NCBI RefSeq assembly: GCF_016433145.1
Contig: NC_058130.1
Span: 39,031,581 to 39,095,580, forward strand
DNA from: Gracilinanus agilis
Taxonomy: Eukaryota
Length of the DNA stretch: 64,000 nucleotides
Direction of reading: 5' to 3'
A program made the translations under genes and the position numbers. The notes under the pieces are model-generated. The model was not told the DNA's origin, searched no databases, and worked only from the letters and a program-made list of their open reading frames with translations. Below are positions 35,082-48,360 of this stretch, piece after piece (positions within the stretch are counted from its first letter, which is position 1; each line of letters begins with the position of its first letter).

Positions 35082-35149
35082 CTAAGCAGATTTTGATAGA
35101 AGGAGGGTAGAGGGTGTATGAAAATCCTTTGTTCTTGGAACTAGAGTCC

Positions 35150-36300
35150 AAGTGGGGGTAGTACTACCTTTTGCTGAGTTTTTTTCTTCCAAAAGGGCTA
35201 AATTTCCCTTTTTGCAGTTTCCACTCATTATTCCTAGTTTTGCTTTCTGAGGATGGCTTAATGATTGGATCTAATCCTTCACTTAAGTGACATACCTTTA
35301 GATGCTAGAAGAAAAAAAAAGTAGGATGTCTTTCTTGAATTTTCTCTTCTCCAGGTAAAACATCACTTATTCCTTCAACTGATCTACATATGCCCTGAAG
35401 TCAAGTATTTTTCACTATCTTCATTTCTCTCCTCTAGATGTTATACAGCTTATCAATGTCCACCCTAAAATGTGGTGGCCTGAGATGAATGCAATACTCC
35501 ATATGTGGTCTGATTAAGGCAAAATATGACAGGATAATACTTTCCTTGGATGCTATACTTCTCTTAATGAAGTCTGAGATAACATTAGCTTTTTTGGCTT
35601 CTATATGACGTTGTGTTTTTAGTTTACTAAAAACACCAGGTCTTCTTTTAAATACCCCAAGAATAAGACCTGATATTTATTTCTATTAAATTTCATCAAA
35701 CCCATTGTTTCTGGTCTATCAAGATCTCAACTTTATTGTTTAGAGTTTTAGCTATCCCTCCCTGTTTTTGATGTGAGAAACATGCTATTTATACCTTCAT
35801 CTAATCACTGGTAAAAATGGTAAGAAAAAATGGTTCAAGAAGAGCTCTTTAGAGCATTGGAAACTTTGTCCAAACTGAAATCAAACCATTAATGACCTCT
35901 TCTGGGATCCAGTCATCCCACTATCTCTGAATTCAATTAATTGTACTGTTGACTAGTTTATATCTCTCCATCTTTTTCACAAGGATAGCTTGAGAGATTT
36001 TGTCAAATGCTTTGCCAACATCTAGATATATATCTATATATCTATAGCACATACTTAATCTACTACTTTAGGAATTGTTAAAAAAAAGAAGCAGCCAGGG
36101 TAGTCTGACCTGTTCTTGATGAGTCCACACTGGCTCCTTGTAATGACTGCTTCCTTTCTAAATGTTCCCTACCCATCCCTTGAATATCATGCTTTAGAAT
36201 TTTTTTCAGGAACCAGTGTCAAATTAATTACATTATAGTTTATAGTTTTAATTCTCTCCACACTGCCCCAGATGCATTTAAAAAAGTCAGGGCATTTGGT
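35150..36300 (-). mobile_element. CR1/L3 RT-to-3' fragment
   Basis: Reverse CR1 motifs: aatactccatatgtggtctga, ttttgtcaaatgctttgccaacatctag, gacctgttcttgatgagtccacactggctcc. Confidence 0.8.
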
Positions 36301-36589
36301 CTTCTCTAGTTCCTATACTGAGAATTCATATTCTAACAAAATTGTAGGTTCTTGACATATTGTCACATGCTCATTGTATCCATAGATTCACCACCAGTTT
36401 GGCATAAGGTGATGAATTTGGGGGCCACAGGAGCTTTCAAGGCTACAGAGGTAGAGGGATTGTAATATGATAAACTCATGGATCCTTGAAGTATCAAAAT
36501 AACATATTAATCACTTACAGTTATGTTCATCATTCTAATATAAACACAGAAGTCCTAGGAGAGCTTTGAAGTCTGAATAGGTTTGTATG

Positions 36590-36835
36590 TCAGGCACAAG
36601 GATAGGGTGCTGGACTTGGAGCCAGGAAGATTTTAGTTCAAATTCAGCCTCAGGTACTTACTGTTTGTACCTGGGAAAGTCACTTAATTGCAATCTGCCT
36701 CAGTTTCCTCTAATGTAAAATTGGAGAAATATTAATAGAGCCTACCTTTCAGGGGTGTTACACATATCAAATGAGGCAATATTTGTAAGGCACAGTGCCT
36801 AGAAAATAGTAGGTGTTTAATAAATGCTTATTCCC
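36590..36835 (+). mobile_element. MIR
   Basis: ggacttggagccaggaag...gcctcagtttcctctaatgtaaaattgg...gtaggtgtttaataaatgc. Confidence 0.85.
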
Positions 36836-36859
36836 TTCTCTTTCTCTCTCCTTAAATGG

Positions 36860-37060
36860 CAAGGTTGGCAAATCACTTTGCATATGTTATCTCATTTGAT
36901 CCTCCCAAGAATACTATAAGGTAGAGCTATATTATTGTCCCCATTTTGGAGATAAGGAAATTGAGGTTCAACAGGGTCATGTCAAGTGTCTAAAGCATTT
37001 GAATGCAAGTCCTCCTGATTCTAAGTCATGAACTGCATCAACTATGCCATTTAGCTATCT
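36860..37060 (-). mobile_element. MIR
   Basis: tatctcatttgatcctccc...ccccattttggagataaggaaattgagg. Confidence 0.7.
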
Positions 37061-37074
37061 TCTTTTTTATGGGA

Positions 37075-37760
37075 AGAGCCTTTTAAAAATTATAAACTTA
37101 ACAAACAGTATTTGAAATGAATATTTCAATGTACAAAGTACAAAAAGATTGTTGTCTTTTAGACTGTGAGCTTCCTGAAAGCAAGGGACTACCTGCCTTT
37201 CATTGTATTTCCAGTGTTTAGCAAAGTGACTGACACATAGTAGGTAGGTGCTTTTTAATAAATGTTTGTTGACTGATATGAAACTTAACTTTAGTTATAT
37301 GGTCTTTTAAAAAAGTGTCAATATTGAATTTAACATGGTAGTAACAAAATTGCCTTGTTTCTTTGAGTCTTTTCCAATTTCTTTTTGTTTTCTTCTGTGT
37401 GTATACATTTTCTTTGATCTTCTGAGGACATGATTGCCTGCCGCATCATTCAGAATTCTGATGTCTTTCAATATTGTTTTCTTATACATTCTTTCGAACA
37501 TCAGATAGACCATTTGCCTGTTTCTACTCACTTCATTTTGAATCAGTTCATAGAAACTTTCCACGTTTCTTTGAATCTGAGAGTCTGAAATTGTCATTCT
37601 CTTAATTTCTTATGGTATAATAATATTTGTTCAGTGATTCCCCCAACTGGTGAACATCCACTTTGTTACTATTTACTAGCTATTTTGAAGGTTTTGCCAT
37701 GGGCAGTTTCAGGGAGAAGAAAAGACAAAAATTTCAGGGCAATATTTAACCTAATATCTA
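37075..37760 (-). mobile_element. old L1 3' fragments with an L2 tail at about 37150-37280
   Basis: ttaacaaacagtatttg...; ctatttttgaaggttttgccatgggc; L2 gactgtgagcttcctgaaagcaaggg. Confidence 0.55.
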
Positions 37761-38461
37761 GATAATATCGAATACTTTTAAACCAACAGTACGATGATTA
37801 TCAAGAATGTATATCTTTCATTACTAATTTCTGCAGACTGGCTCTTAGGCATAATTAATTTTCATCTGTGATTTAGACTGCCTTGTAAAACACCAGAGTA
37901 GTGGGATGGGTTGGTGAATGAAGTGAGTGGACAAACCCTGGAGAAAGACAACAGACAGCAGACAGAGGAAAGCTATCAGTCATAAAAAAGTGTTTTGAAC
38001 TGACAAAGGAAAGAGCTTCAGAAACTGTCCCCCACCCCAACCTCAGGTGTGTGATCTGAATCTGGCCCAAGGCTGCTCCAGCTAACTTGCATGAGAGACC
38101 TTTACTGAGTAATTCCAATATTTAGAAAGCTTGGCAGTGGGAGAGACTCATCTTTCCTGAAGACCCAACTGTTCTCAAAGAATTTCTCCAGTGTTTGTGG
38201 CACAAACAAGGTTGGTGTTCCCCCACCTCCACTCCAGCCCCAGCAGTGAAGACTTTTGTCTTGATTCCTTCTGAGTTTATTTACTACACTGGAGATGGAG
38301 CGTGGAATTCCCAATTTTTGTTTACGTCTGACTTAGCCCATATTTATCAGACTCAATCACTACTTAGTTATGAAACACTGAGATGGACCTTTGAAATGGA
38401 AGCCAAACCTTATTAGACACTTAATCATAGTTCTCCCAACATATAATTGCCTGTAGCTTAT

Positions 38462-38463
<2 letters not shown>

Positions 38464-38533
<70 letters not shown>

Positions 38534-38893
38534 TTCTCTTTTCTCTCTCTCACTCCTNNNNNNNNNNNNNNNNNNNNNNNNNNNNNNNNNNNNNNNNNNN
38601 NNNNNNNNNNNNNNNNNNNNNNNNNNNNNNNNNNNNNNNNNNNNNNNNNNNNNNNNNNNNNNNNNNNNNNNNNNNNNNNNNNNNNNNNNNNNNNNNNNNN
38701 NNNNNNNNNNNNNNNNNNNNNNNNNNNNNNNNNNNNNNNNNNNNNNNNNNNNNNNNNNNNNNNNNNNNNNNNNNNNNNNNNNNNNNNNNNNNNNNNNNNN
38801 NNNNNNNNNNNNNNNNNNNNNNNNNNNNNNNNNNNNNNNNNNNNNNNNNNNNNNNNNNNNNNNNNNNNNNNNNNNNNNNNNNNNNNNNNNNNN

Positions 38894-38960
<67 letters not shown>
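38464..38960. repeat. (CT)n microsatellite spanning an assembly gap
   Basis: CT runs 38464-38557 and 38894-38960. Confidence 0.97.
38558..38893. other. assembly gap, 336 N
   Basis: N run seen directly. Confidence 1.
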
Positions 38961-38964
<4 letters not shown>

Positions 38965-40507
38965 GCTGTTCACTCCATCTTTCAGAAAGTGTGTCCTCAT
39001 CATTGCTTCTGTATGCATGTCCTCATTTGTGTGGAGGGCACACACTGCCCATTTGGTTCACTTTCTGTAATGCTTAGCCTGGTTTTTCAAATTTTAGGTC
39101 ACTTGATAAATGGCTCTGGAGAGCGCTGTGTGGCTGCACGTCTGTCTGAACTTCACTTGGTCAAGGATCCCTTCCGGTATCATGACTGGCCAAGGTCTTG
39201 GCATCTTCAACAAGACTTCAAGTGCCAATCAGAACCCCCTAAAAGATTCAAATGAGCAGAAAGTCCATATGTAAAAGAGATTCAGAAGAGTCAGGCAATC
39301 TATAGACACTCAATGAAATTGCATGGCCAGATTTATAAAACCTAGTTGGATCTGCAAACAAAGGGTTTGTTCTAGCCTGTGATTTTTCCTCACTCTCTCA
39401 ATTGCTGGGTAATATGCAAGTTAGCCCTTATTCTCCTTGTCTATATTTGACAGCTCTTGAAGAATCATAATGCCCTTTATTTGGACCGTTTTTCATCAAA
39501 TACAGATTCTAACAAATACACTCAGGCACAAGGTCAGAAATCAATTCTATCCTCCTAAAATTACTTCCATGCTGGAGATAACTGCTTCAGGGAATCTAGT
39601 TCAATATCTCATATTTTACTCTTAGAGATTACTTGTTTCTTTTCTTAATATCTGGAACATGCTAAGGGATATTTTCACTTTTTTCCCCTTTACTTCAAGC
39701 AGAGACTACAAAGGCACTTTGTGAGAGGAGACAAGATAACTCAGGATTGAAATGGGAAATCCAACCATTTACTTTGAGCTCACTTCAAATCTGGTCTTTG
39801 TTAGATGTGTCTCAAAGTCATTCCCCGCCCCCCAACACAAAAGGGCATTCTGCACAATAAGTGAATTAGTCACATCATCCCATCTCCTAGTAGACAGCAT
39901 TATCTTTCCTCCAGTTGAACTCATTTTGTCGTAGACACCTCTCTTCCAAATGAAAACTCAAGCAGATGTCTTAAAACGGTTTTTCATCAGTGACTTCTAC
40001 ACTGTGCTTGGGGCTTCTGTCTTTGCTTCCATACTATAATCCATCATCCCAGGGGAGGTACCAAAGCATCCCACTCAGACAGTCTGGCAGAAGAGGGAGC
40101 TGTACCCCTCAGCAGGTTTTTATCTTCCGTATATTCACCATTCAAATGAATTTTTGGCAGCCGAGAGTCAGAAGAGGGGAGAAAAGGCTGTTGGAAGAGC
40201 ATCCCTTCCCTCCTCCTTTTGGTCTCTTTTGGGCACCTTGCCAGCCACCACTCAGCTGAGCAGTCCCGGCAAAGAGCCAGGAGACCTCTGGTAAAGAGAG
40301 AAGGGTTCCATTGTGCTGAGTGAGGAGAGAGCAGGTTGAGGCAGATGCTTAACCCAGGACCCTTCCACCTCTGCTCAACCCTTCCTCTTTACTCTGCTAC
40401 TCAACACATGATTGTTTTGGACACTAACTGAGTGTTGCTCTGACCTTCACACAGACCCTGGAATAGAGGAAGACAATCTTACAATCCACCGGGCCCCTTT
40501 GATTATG

Positions 40508-40726
40508 ATTTTGTTGATTAGTCATGCTTGACTCTTCGTACCCCCATTTGGGCTTTGCCAGGCAAAGATGCTTGCCATTTCCTTCTTCAGCTCATTTTAC
40601 AGATGAGGAAATGGAGGCAAATGGGGTTAGGTGACTTACCCAGGGTCACACAGCTAGGCAGTGTCTGAGGCTGGTTTTGAAATCAGGTCTTTGTGATTCC
40701 AGGGCCAGCCCTCTATCACCTGCCCT
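40508..40726 (-). mobile_element. MAR1 SINE
   Basis: ccccatttgggctttgccaggcaaagatgcttgccatttccttcttcagctcattttacagatgagg. Confidence 0.85.
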
Positions 40727-42029
40727 CATTTGAGCCTTATAACCAAGTAGATGCTGATTATAGGGAGGAGAAAGGCAGCCCAGTCTAGTTGATGGAATGT
40801 TGACTCCTGCCTCTGATACTTCCTAAGTGGGTGACTGTAGACAAACCATCCATCCTCTCTGAAGTTCAATCTGTAATTTGTGGATAATAATATTTGTTAT
40901 TGCCATTGTAATTCCAAATGAGAAAAAGCACTTGAGAAATGTCAGTTGTGATAATTACATAACTTGTCATTTAGGCATGATCCGTATCATCATTCCAGTA
41001 AAATGTCATCTTACTATGGTGTCGATGTGGTACCAGGAGGGCATGGTTCATAGCTTAGTTCTTGTCATTCTCTGGGTGACTATTTGGCTCAGCTTCCTGA
41101 TCTGTAAAATGAGGAGGTTGTGCTTTAGACCACCGAGGTCCTTTTGAGCTTGAAATCCATGATCCCATAACCCTAAAGCATATTTAATATTTTCTCACCT
41201 AGCTTTTAATAAAAAGAGGCTTTGTAAAGATCTGTTACATTTAGCAAATGTAAAATCAACTGTCATATGCTATTTCTGCCCCTTTTATTTCTTAAAATAA
41301 TAGCATTTTGGAGCTGGAAGAGGCCTCAGAGATTGTCTAGTCCAACCTCTTGGGTTTTACGTACGAGGAACTGGAGTCTTAAAGAAGGATTCTTGAAATT
41401 TTACAGCTAAAATAATAACACATAATTCAGGCTCCTGCCAGTAGGCTGATTAAAAATATAACATCTCTAGATTTTCCTGTTGTGTCCTTATCAAATCCTT
41501 CCTTTACAGTTCAGCAGAAATCATTTTAATTGTAACTGAGTTTTAATAGAATAAGGCAATTCAAAAAGGAAATGACCAACGATGGCCATGTGATCGTTCT
41601 TGGGTAAGGGACTGGTTCAAGGTAAGTCTTAACCTGATGAAATGTGCCACTGAGACATCTTTTAAATAAAGCTCCTTTTCCCAGAGTCACAATCTGCTTC
41701 GAAGCCCATTTGTTTCCCTTACCTCATAATTTGCAGAAAGCTCAGATGTGGCTGAGTAAATAATGACAATATGATCTGTAATCAGACACCTGTCTGTCCA
41801 TTACAACTGTGGGGTTCCCATGTGTCCTGCCATATATGGAACATTGCTGGCACTGAGATGCTGAAACACACAAAGCAGACATTTGGTTGCTCATTAACCC
41901 TTGAGTGGAAAAGAGAGCTTCTAATTTGAGGGAGTATTGAAAAACCTGGGCTTTAAGGATGACATGCTCCACATAAATTGATGTAACTTGGGTCACTTTT
42001 CCTCCCTCTTGCTTAACTCTATTTTGCTG

Positions 42030-42031
<2 letters not shown>

Positions 42032-42074
<43 letters not shown>

Positions 42075-42585
42075 TTTTGTCTATTTCTCAGCCTCTCCAT
42101 CTCTTCCTCTCCCTTTTTTTCTCTCTGTCAGTCTCTCTCCATCTCTTCCTCTCTCTTGTCTCTCCATCTCTCCCTCTCCTTTTTTGTCTATTTCTCAGTC
42201 TCTCTTCCTCTCTTCCTCTCTGTCTCTGTCTCTCTCTCCATCTTTTCCTCTCCCTTTTTGTCTATTTCTGTCAGTCTCTCTCTTCCTTTATTCCTTTCTC
42301 TCTCTCTGTTTTTCTCTCCTCTTTCTATCTCTCTCTTTCTCTCTCTCTGCTTTTCTTCATCCCTTCTCTCTGTCTCATCTCTCTTTATTCCTGTTACCCA
42401 CCCTCCTTTCTCTCTGCTTTCTGTCTCCTATTCTCTCTTTATCTCCTCCTCTTCCTCTCTCTTTCTGTCTCTCTCTCTCACCGTCCCCCTTTTCCTCTCT
42501 GTTTCTCATTTCTCTTTCTGCTTTCTTTCTCAGTTTTCCTCTCTAACATTCTGGCTTTCTGCCTATCTCTCTACCCATCTCACAA
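42032..42585. repeat. CT-rich polypyrimidine low-complexity tract
   Basis: About 550 bp that are almost entirely C/T on the plus strand. Confidence 0.95.
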
Positions 42586-45500
42586 AACTTCCAGAACTAC
42601 TGTGAATGGAGTCATGGTGATGAAGAAGGCCAGGGTTTTCTTCTCCACATTAGTCCCTATTTTGACAATTATTACCTGACTAAGTCTCCCCTCCTGGTCA
42701 ATGGCTACTGGGCTTGCCTCTCTGAGCTCACCCCCTGTGGCTTTGCCCTTCCTTCCTGCTTTGCTGGCCTCTCTCCTGAGAGGGCTTCATCACTCACTCT
42801 CACCGTCCTCAGGTTGGCTTTGTTGCTTTGGCTCCCTGCCGCTGGCTTTTCTCTGCCTTTGGTGCTCCATCCTCTGCTTTTCATATGCCTCTCGCAGATG
42901 TTCTCTGCCCTGGCTTTGCTTCCTGCCAGTTTCTGTGGGCTCTTCTTGTTGTTCATCATCTTTTGCCTGGATTGCCCCACTCTGGGGGAGCTCACCGTAA
43001 GTCCATGCTGATGATGTCCTCTGTCCAGCAGCGACTGTGCAATGCGCCTCTTGCTGTCAACAGCTTTCACTTGGGGTTCTGAGGACATCCTGTCCCGTTG
43101 TTCCTCCTCCCTCTTGGCTTCCTATTCCTCATCCTCTTGGGTCAGGCCATGCAAATTCCCTCAGGGTTTCTTTGAGACATTCCCAAGATGGGGAGAATCG
43201 GGAGGTCCTGGAGCTCCCGAACCCCATCAGTCAAAGGAGGAGAACCTGCTGCAATGAATCCCACTCCATAGGTGTCTCCTAGGGGAAAGGGAAAGTCCAT
43301 AGGGAAAATAAGCAATGGAGTCCTTGGCTTCCCCCCTGAGGTAATGCGTGGTAAAAGTTCAGACTGAAATCCAGTTCTAGATTCAACATGGCTTCAAGAG
43401 ATCACACTGAGAATCTTAAGAGTCATCAGCTTTATTTATTGCCTTTCTCTGGGTTTGGGCCATTCTGAGGTTTACTCTTCCAGGCAAGACAACTGTGCTC
43501 AATGGCAATGATGGGGCCCTTTTCTAAGGAGCAGCAGCTCTGCCACTTTCTGGAAGGCAGCGATTGTCTTTAATCATTTGATAACTGGCTCCCATCCTTT
43601 GTATGCAAACTCCTCCTCTACCTCCCCGGGCAGAGGCTGCCTCAAAAAAAAAAATGTCCCTGTAAAACCGGAGTGCTTCGCTAATGATCTCATTTACATC
43701 TGGGAGAGTGGGGGAAAAAGATTTAGTTCAAAACAACATGGGGCCAAGCTATATTTCTGTTACTCTTTTCAAGCAGCATATAAAGTAGGGCCTCCATAAT
43801 ACCTACTCTCCCTGGGACCAGAGGATTCAAATCCTTGTAGATGCAGTAAACACGCCTTCATCTTTCAAGCTTGAGAAATCCACTGTCAAGGTAGTGCATT
43901 GTGTGCGAATGTTTTCGCCAGTCCTGAGGATGAGCCGTCTCTTCTTTCTCCTTTGAAGGTTGGCTACATCTCTCAGTACTTAAAAAAAAGCCATAAAATT
44001 GGGAGATGTAGCAAAAAAGCCCCAGGGCCCACTCCCTGTAAAACTTCCTGTTTTGTAGGGGTTGGAGGTGGAAGGGGGCAGCTTTGGTTTGTTTGTTTTT
44101 ATTCTGCAAGCTTCTCCCTTCCTCACTTTCTTTTCCTCTGAAAAAGGAAGTAATGCCATTGGGAAATTTTTTCCCTTTTTATAGAAGATGACTGACTTCT
44201 AGAAAAAATAAGTGAGGCCAACGAATCAATAAGTAAACAACTTAATTTAAAAAAATTTCCCTTATTAATATGTAACAGATAGGGGGTGTTGTGACAAGTG
44301 CTAAGATCAGAGGAAGTACTGGTAACCAAACATTGGCAACATCTGACACCAGAGGGATCTCTGGAGTAACTGCCAATTCTCTCTGGCTTTCAAAGAGCTG
44401 GTGGCCTCTCTCCCCTTTACCTCCTTTGTGGGATCAAGTTTTCTTTCCCTGGTCTTAGGTTTGAATATGCTTTGTGAAATTTGATTGTGGCTGCCTCCTA
44501 TCTTGCTCTGGGAAAACCCTTCACCTTCCTTCAAAGACCTAATGTGTTTCCTAATTACTCAAGCCTCTACTAGTAGATTTGTAATTAGAATAAATGTTTA
44601 ATTGAAGTAATAAATATTCTAAACCTCAAGGATGGATGAGAGTCAGCAACCACTTTTTTTTTTTGCAGCTATTTTCACAACCAGAACCTTTAATCTCCCA
44701 ACCCAAGCAATTTCGTCCCAGCCAACCCTTCAGGGGCAAATTAGGGTTAGTGTACTTGGAGAATGGGACACCCACTTGACTCCTCACTGCAGAAGACCTA
44801 GCATCTGCCCTCTAGCAATCACTTTGCTTTGTCAGAAGAACCTGGTTTGCTACAGCCTCCCTTCAAGCCACTTGGTGATAGATGCTCTCTATTCTCCTTC
44901 TATTTGTTCCAGGCCTCCTCTATCCCCTTGTGATTGATTCTCATTCTTCTCCCTTCCACTGCTCCCAGACGCTGCCTCTTGCTCACTCATCCTTTTGTAT
45001 TCCCTGCCTTACTTTGATCTGGTTCCTCCTCAAAAGGTTGTGTGGCCTTATTATTAAAGTCTTAGCTCTGGTAAGGGACTGGAGGGCATAGGCAGGTCAG
45101 CTTTGTCTTGATGGCCATTTGCTTTCAATTTGCCTTCAAAAGTCTCCATCTTCCTTTTAACATCTCTGTTCCTCTTTGACGATGTCCATCTCTAGACGTA
45201 GACCAGGAAAGTGCAATTGACACCAGCATCTCAGAAACGCTCAAAGGACCACCAGACAATAATAATAATAAAAATAAACACATGCATTGCACTTTTATGC
45301 TGATATATTCTATGACTCAGCATTCCATACTCTGGACTTGCTCAGATCCAGTTCCAATTTGGGGTCTATCCTAAAAGACTCTTTTTGGCTCATATTATCC
45401 CTATCCAGTTTCCTCTGGGAAAACCTCCAAACGTGTATGTGTCTAGATCTCCATAGATGTAGGCTCAAGGTGTCCCTTAGTTCCCACACATGTAAGAGTG

Positions 45501-46744
45501 CATTTATTGGATACTGGGGATAGCTTTGCTTTACTTACAAGAAATCCATAAAATACAGAAGACTCACCGAGGTCCATAAATACAGAAAACAAGTCATGAA
45601 CTTACAACAGATGATAAACAATCAATATAATTCTCGTTATTCTCTGTTGACTTCCACTTTCCACCAGTACTTATTCAGCCTGCTTGCCTCTGTCTCATAG
45701 TAATACTAGCCTGTGGCTTACACTCTCTTTGGAAGGGACTAAATTTGGGGTTGTCAGTGTAATAACCACCTGGCATTCTTGTGAATCCCCTTTTTTTTTA
45801 CCTCAAGGAAACTCAAATTTTAAATCTCGTAATATTCTTACAATTTGAATATTCCTAAAAGGAAAATGCACTGGAGGCTTCCAAACAGGTAAAAGTACTT
45901 AGATATTCTATTTAATCCTTCTCTCACCCCATAGAGACCATCTGAAGCTTTGTACTTTCTGGGGCAGGAAAACACACTTTAGGCTGCTAAACAGTCTTCC
46001 TATTAGACCCATAGAATCTAAATTCTCAAAGTACTACAATAGATTTATGATTTCATTGATTTGATATTTTCTCTGATGATACAGATCTCAACAGAGACTG
46101 AAAAAACACCTTGCCTTAATAGGGGAATACAAGTGCCTGTCCCTTGCAGACCCTGGGAAAGTCTTTTGCCATTCATTCCAGCATTAGAAGTCACATGGAC
46201 AATGATCTTCCCTTGCCAAAATTATGCTGTTAGGACATTTCTTTGGTAGATGGTCAAATCTCTGAACTTTTTAATTTGAGGTCCGAATGGATAAAACCAA
46301 CCTCTTTTCCAGGTGACAAAGGCTATATTTTGGGATCATGCTGCCTATGAAATCTCCTCCCCTAGCCAAGGTGCTGAGGCTCAGAAGTAGCATTTTTAGG
46401 ATCTGCCCTTTCAGATCACTTGGGCAAACAGACATCTACCTCTGCTTGTGGTGTACCTGCTGGAGGGAGCTGCTCCCTTCCTCTTCTCCACCTTGCTTGA
46501 GAATGTTTTCCCATGACTCACCCCTCTGCCCAGCAGTGGAATGGGAGTGCTTCTTCCTGCCCCAGTCTGGGGTAAAGGGGCAGCTCACATGCAGCATGAG
46601 GGTATAGTTTTGGGCACTGGGTCTCTAAAAGGTTCACCATCACTGCCCTTGAAGCTCTATCACTCTTGCTTGGGTTGAAGACATCTTTTCTGGCCTCTAG
46701 TTTCTGAACACAAAAAGTTCTAGGACCCTGGGGGTCCAGACATT

Positions 46745-46937
46745 TTCCCTTACCTTTCAATCTTAGAATCAATATTAAGTTTGGTTCCAAGGCAGAAGAG
46801 TGGTAAGGACTAGGCAATGGGAGTTAAGTGACTTGCTCAGGGTCACACAGCTAGGAAGTGTCTGAAGCCAGATTTGAACTTAGTACCTTCTATCTCTAGG
46901 CCTGGCTCTCAATCCACTGAGCTACCCAGCTGCCTCC
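46745..46937 (-). mobile_element. SINE1_Mdo-type SINE
   Basis: ttccaaggcagaagagtggtaagg...ctaggcctggctctcaatccactgagctacccagctgcc. Confidence 0.92.
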
Positions 46938-47559
46938 AAGAAACTTCCCTTCTTAGCCTACATTGCCTCCAGTACATGTGGTATGCTATGTACTTCTGCT
47001 GAAAGGTAGCTATTATGGCTTTGATGCTGAACTTACAACTTAACTGCTATTAATCAGAAGACCTCTCCAGAAAGAAGTCAGAAAAGGAAAAAAAAGCCCA
47101 GTTAAAACTGAGTATCATAGACTGGCTATAGGGATGGATCTCCAAATAGAACTTATGCTTCCAAAAATTTGAGATAATAAATTCATCTTGGGAGCTACTT
47201 CTGTCAGTAAAGTCAATTTTCCAGATGATACCATCAGAACCAACCAACTCAAAGCTTTGGGACTAATTTCTAGGAAGTATCAAAGGGAGCACACCCATGC
47301 TTTTTTTGGAGAAATATAATTTCAAGTCTCAAGCAAACATGCTAGCTTATAAGCTCATAAAGCTAATTGAGGTACTCTCTTTCTGAATTCCCTGACATTT
47401 AAAAACATTGTCTTCAAAACTACCTGACCAGTAGATGTTTTCCATTTTATAAATAATGTTAATTATTGCTCACATTCAGAAGGGGTATCCTAAAAATCTT
47501 TAGTTGTGCTATATTAAAACTACACTAAGATTTTTAGGACACCCCATGTAGATTTAAGA

Positions 47560-48030
47560 TTCATAAAGTATTTTATACACATTATTTAATGTGAACCTTA
47601 CCACAACTTATAAATACTATAGGTACAAGTATTGTTATTCCCATTTTATGTATGAGGAAACTGAGATTCAGAGATGTCCACAATCATACATTTAGTATTA
47701 GAAATGGGATTCTAATTCCAAATATTGCAAGCACTTTCTCTGCAGTGACTCAAGTAAGAAATGATCTGAAACTCAAATCCCCAGACTTTAAGAGCAGATT
47801 TTTTTTCCACTGCATGAAGCATGTGGAACAATGAAAGGCGCTCTGGGTTTAGAGGCAGGAGATTACTAGCTTCAAACTTTAACTCTAATATTTTTTTTCC
47901 AGGTGATCATGGGCAAGTCATTAAAACTTTCTGTGTCCCTGTTTCCTCATCTTTACAATGAGAGTAATAATATTCAGATGAGGTGATATTTGTAAAGGGC
48001 TCTGCAAAGCATAGAAAGCTAAATAGATAT
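47560..48030. mobile_element. adjacent minus- then plus-strand MIR fragments
   Basis: cccattttatgtatgaggaaactgagattcagag (minus) followed by gggcaagtcattaa...gtttcctcatctttacaatg (plus). Confidence 0.7.
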
Positions 48031-48224
48031 TATCTATTATGCTTATGTATCTCAGAGGTACATAAGAGGGAGGGAAGGGAAGGGAGAATTTTATAAGCTT
48101 TAAAAAGCAATGTGAGTGAGAAGTTATTACTTCATTATCCTGCCTCCTACACAAGAAATATTAACCTCTGTTCAACAAATGAAATACACATATATTATGT
48201 ATGTAATTTCTATTATATGACCAT

Positions 48225-48360
48225 TTATCAAGTGGGAGAAAGGTTGATAAAGAATGAAGGGATAGAAAGGAGGATCAGAGAAGAGAATGAAGCAGAAGAG
48301 ATGAAGGAAAAGTGGAGATAGAGAGAAGAGAGATAGAAAGAGAGAGAGAGAGAACGAACA
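48225..48360. repeat. GA-rich low-complexity tract
   Basis: gagaagagagatagaaagagagagagagag. Confidence 0.85.

Noticed and set aside
38360-39077. 200-207 aa ORFs
   Set aside because: They are translations of (CT)n/(GA)n plus the N gap.
41988-42679. 120-205 aa Ser/Leu-rich ORFs
   Set aside because: They are stop-free only because the tract is polypyrimidine.
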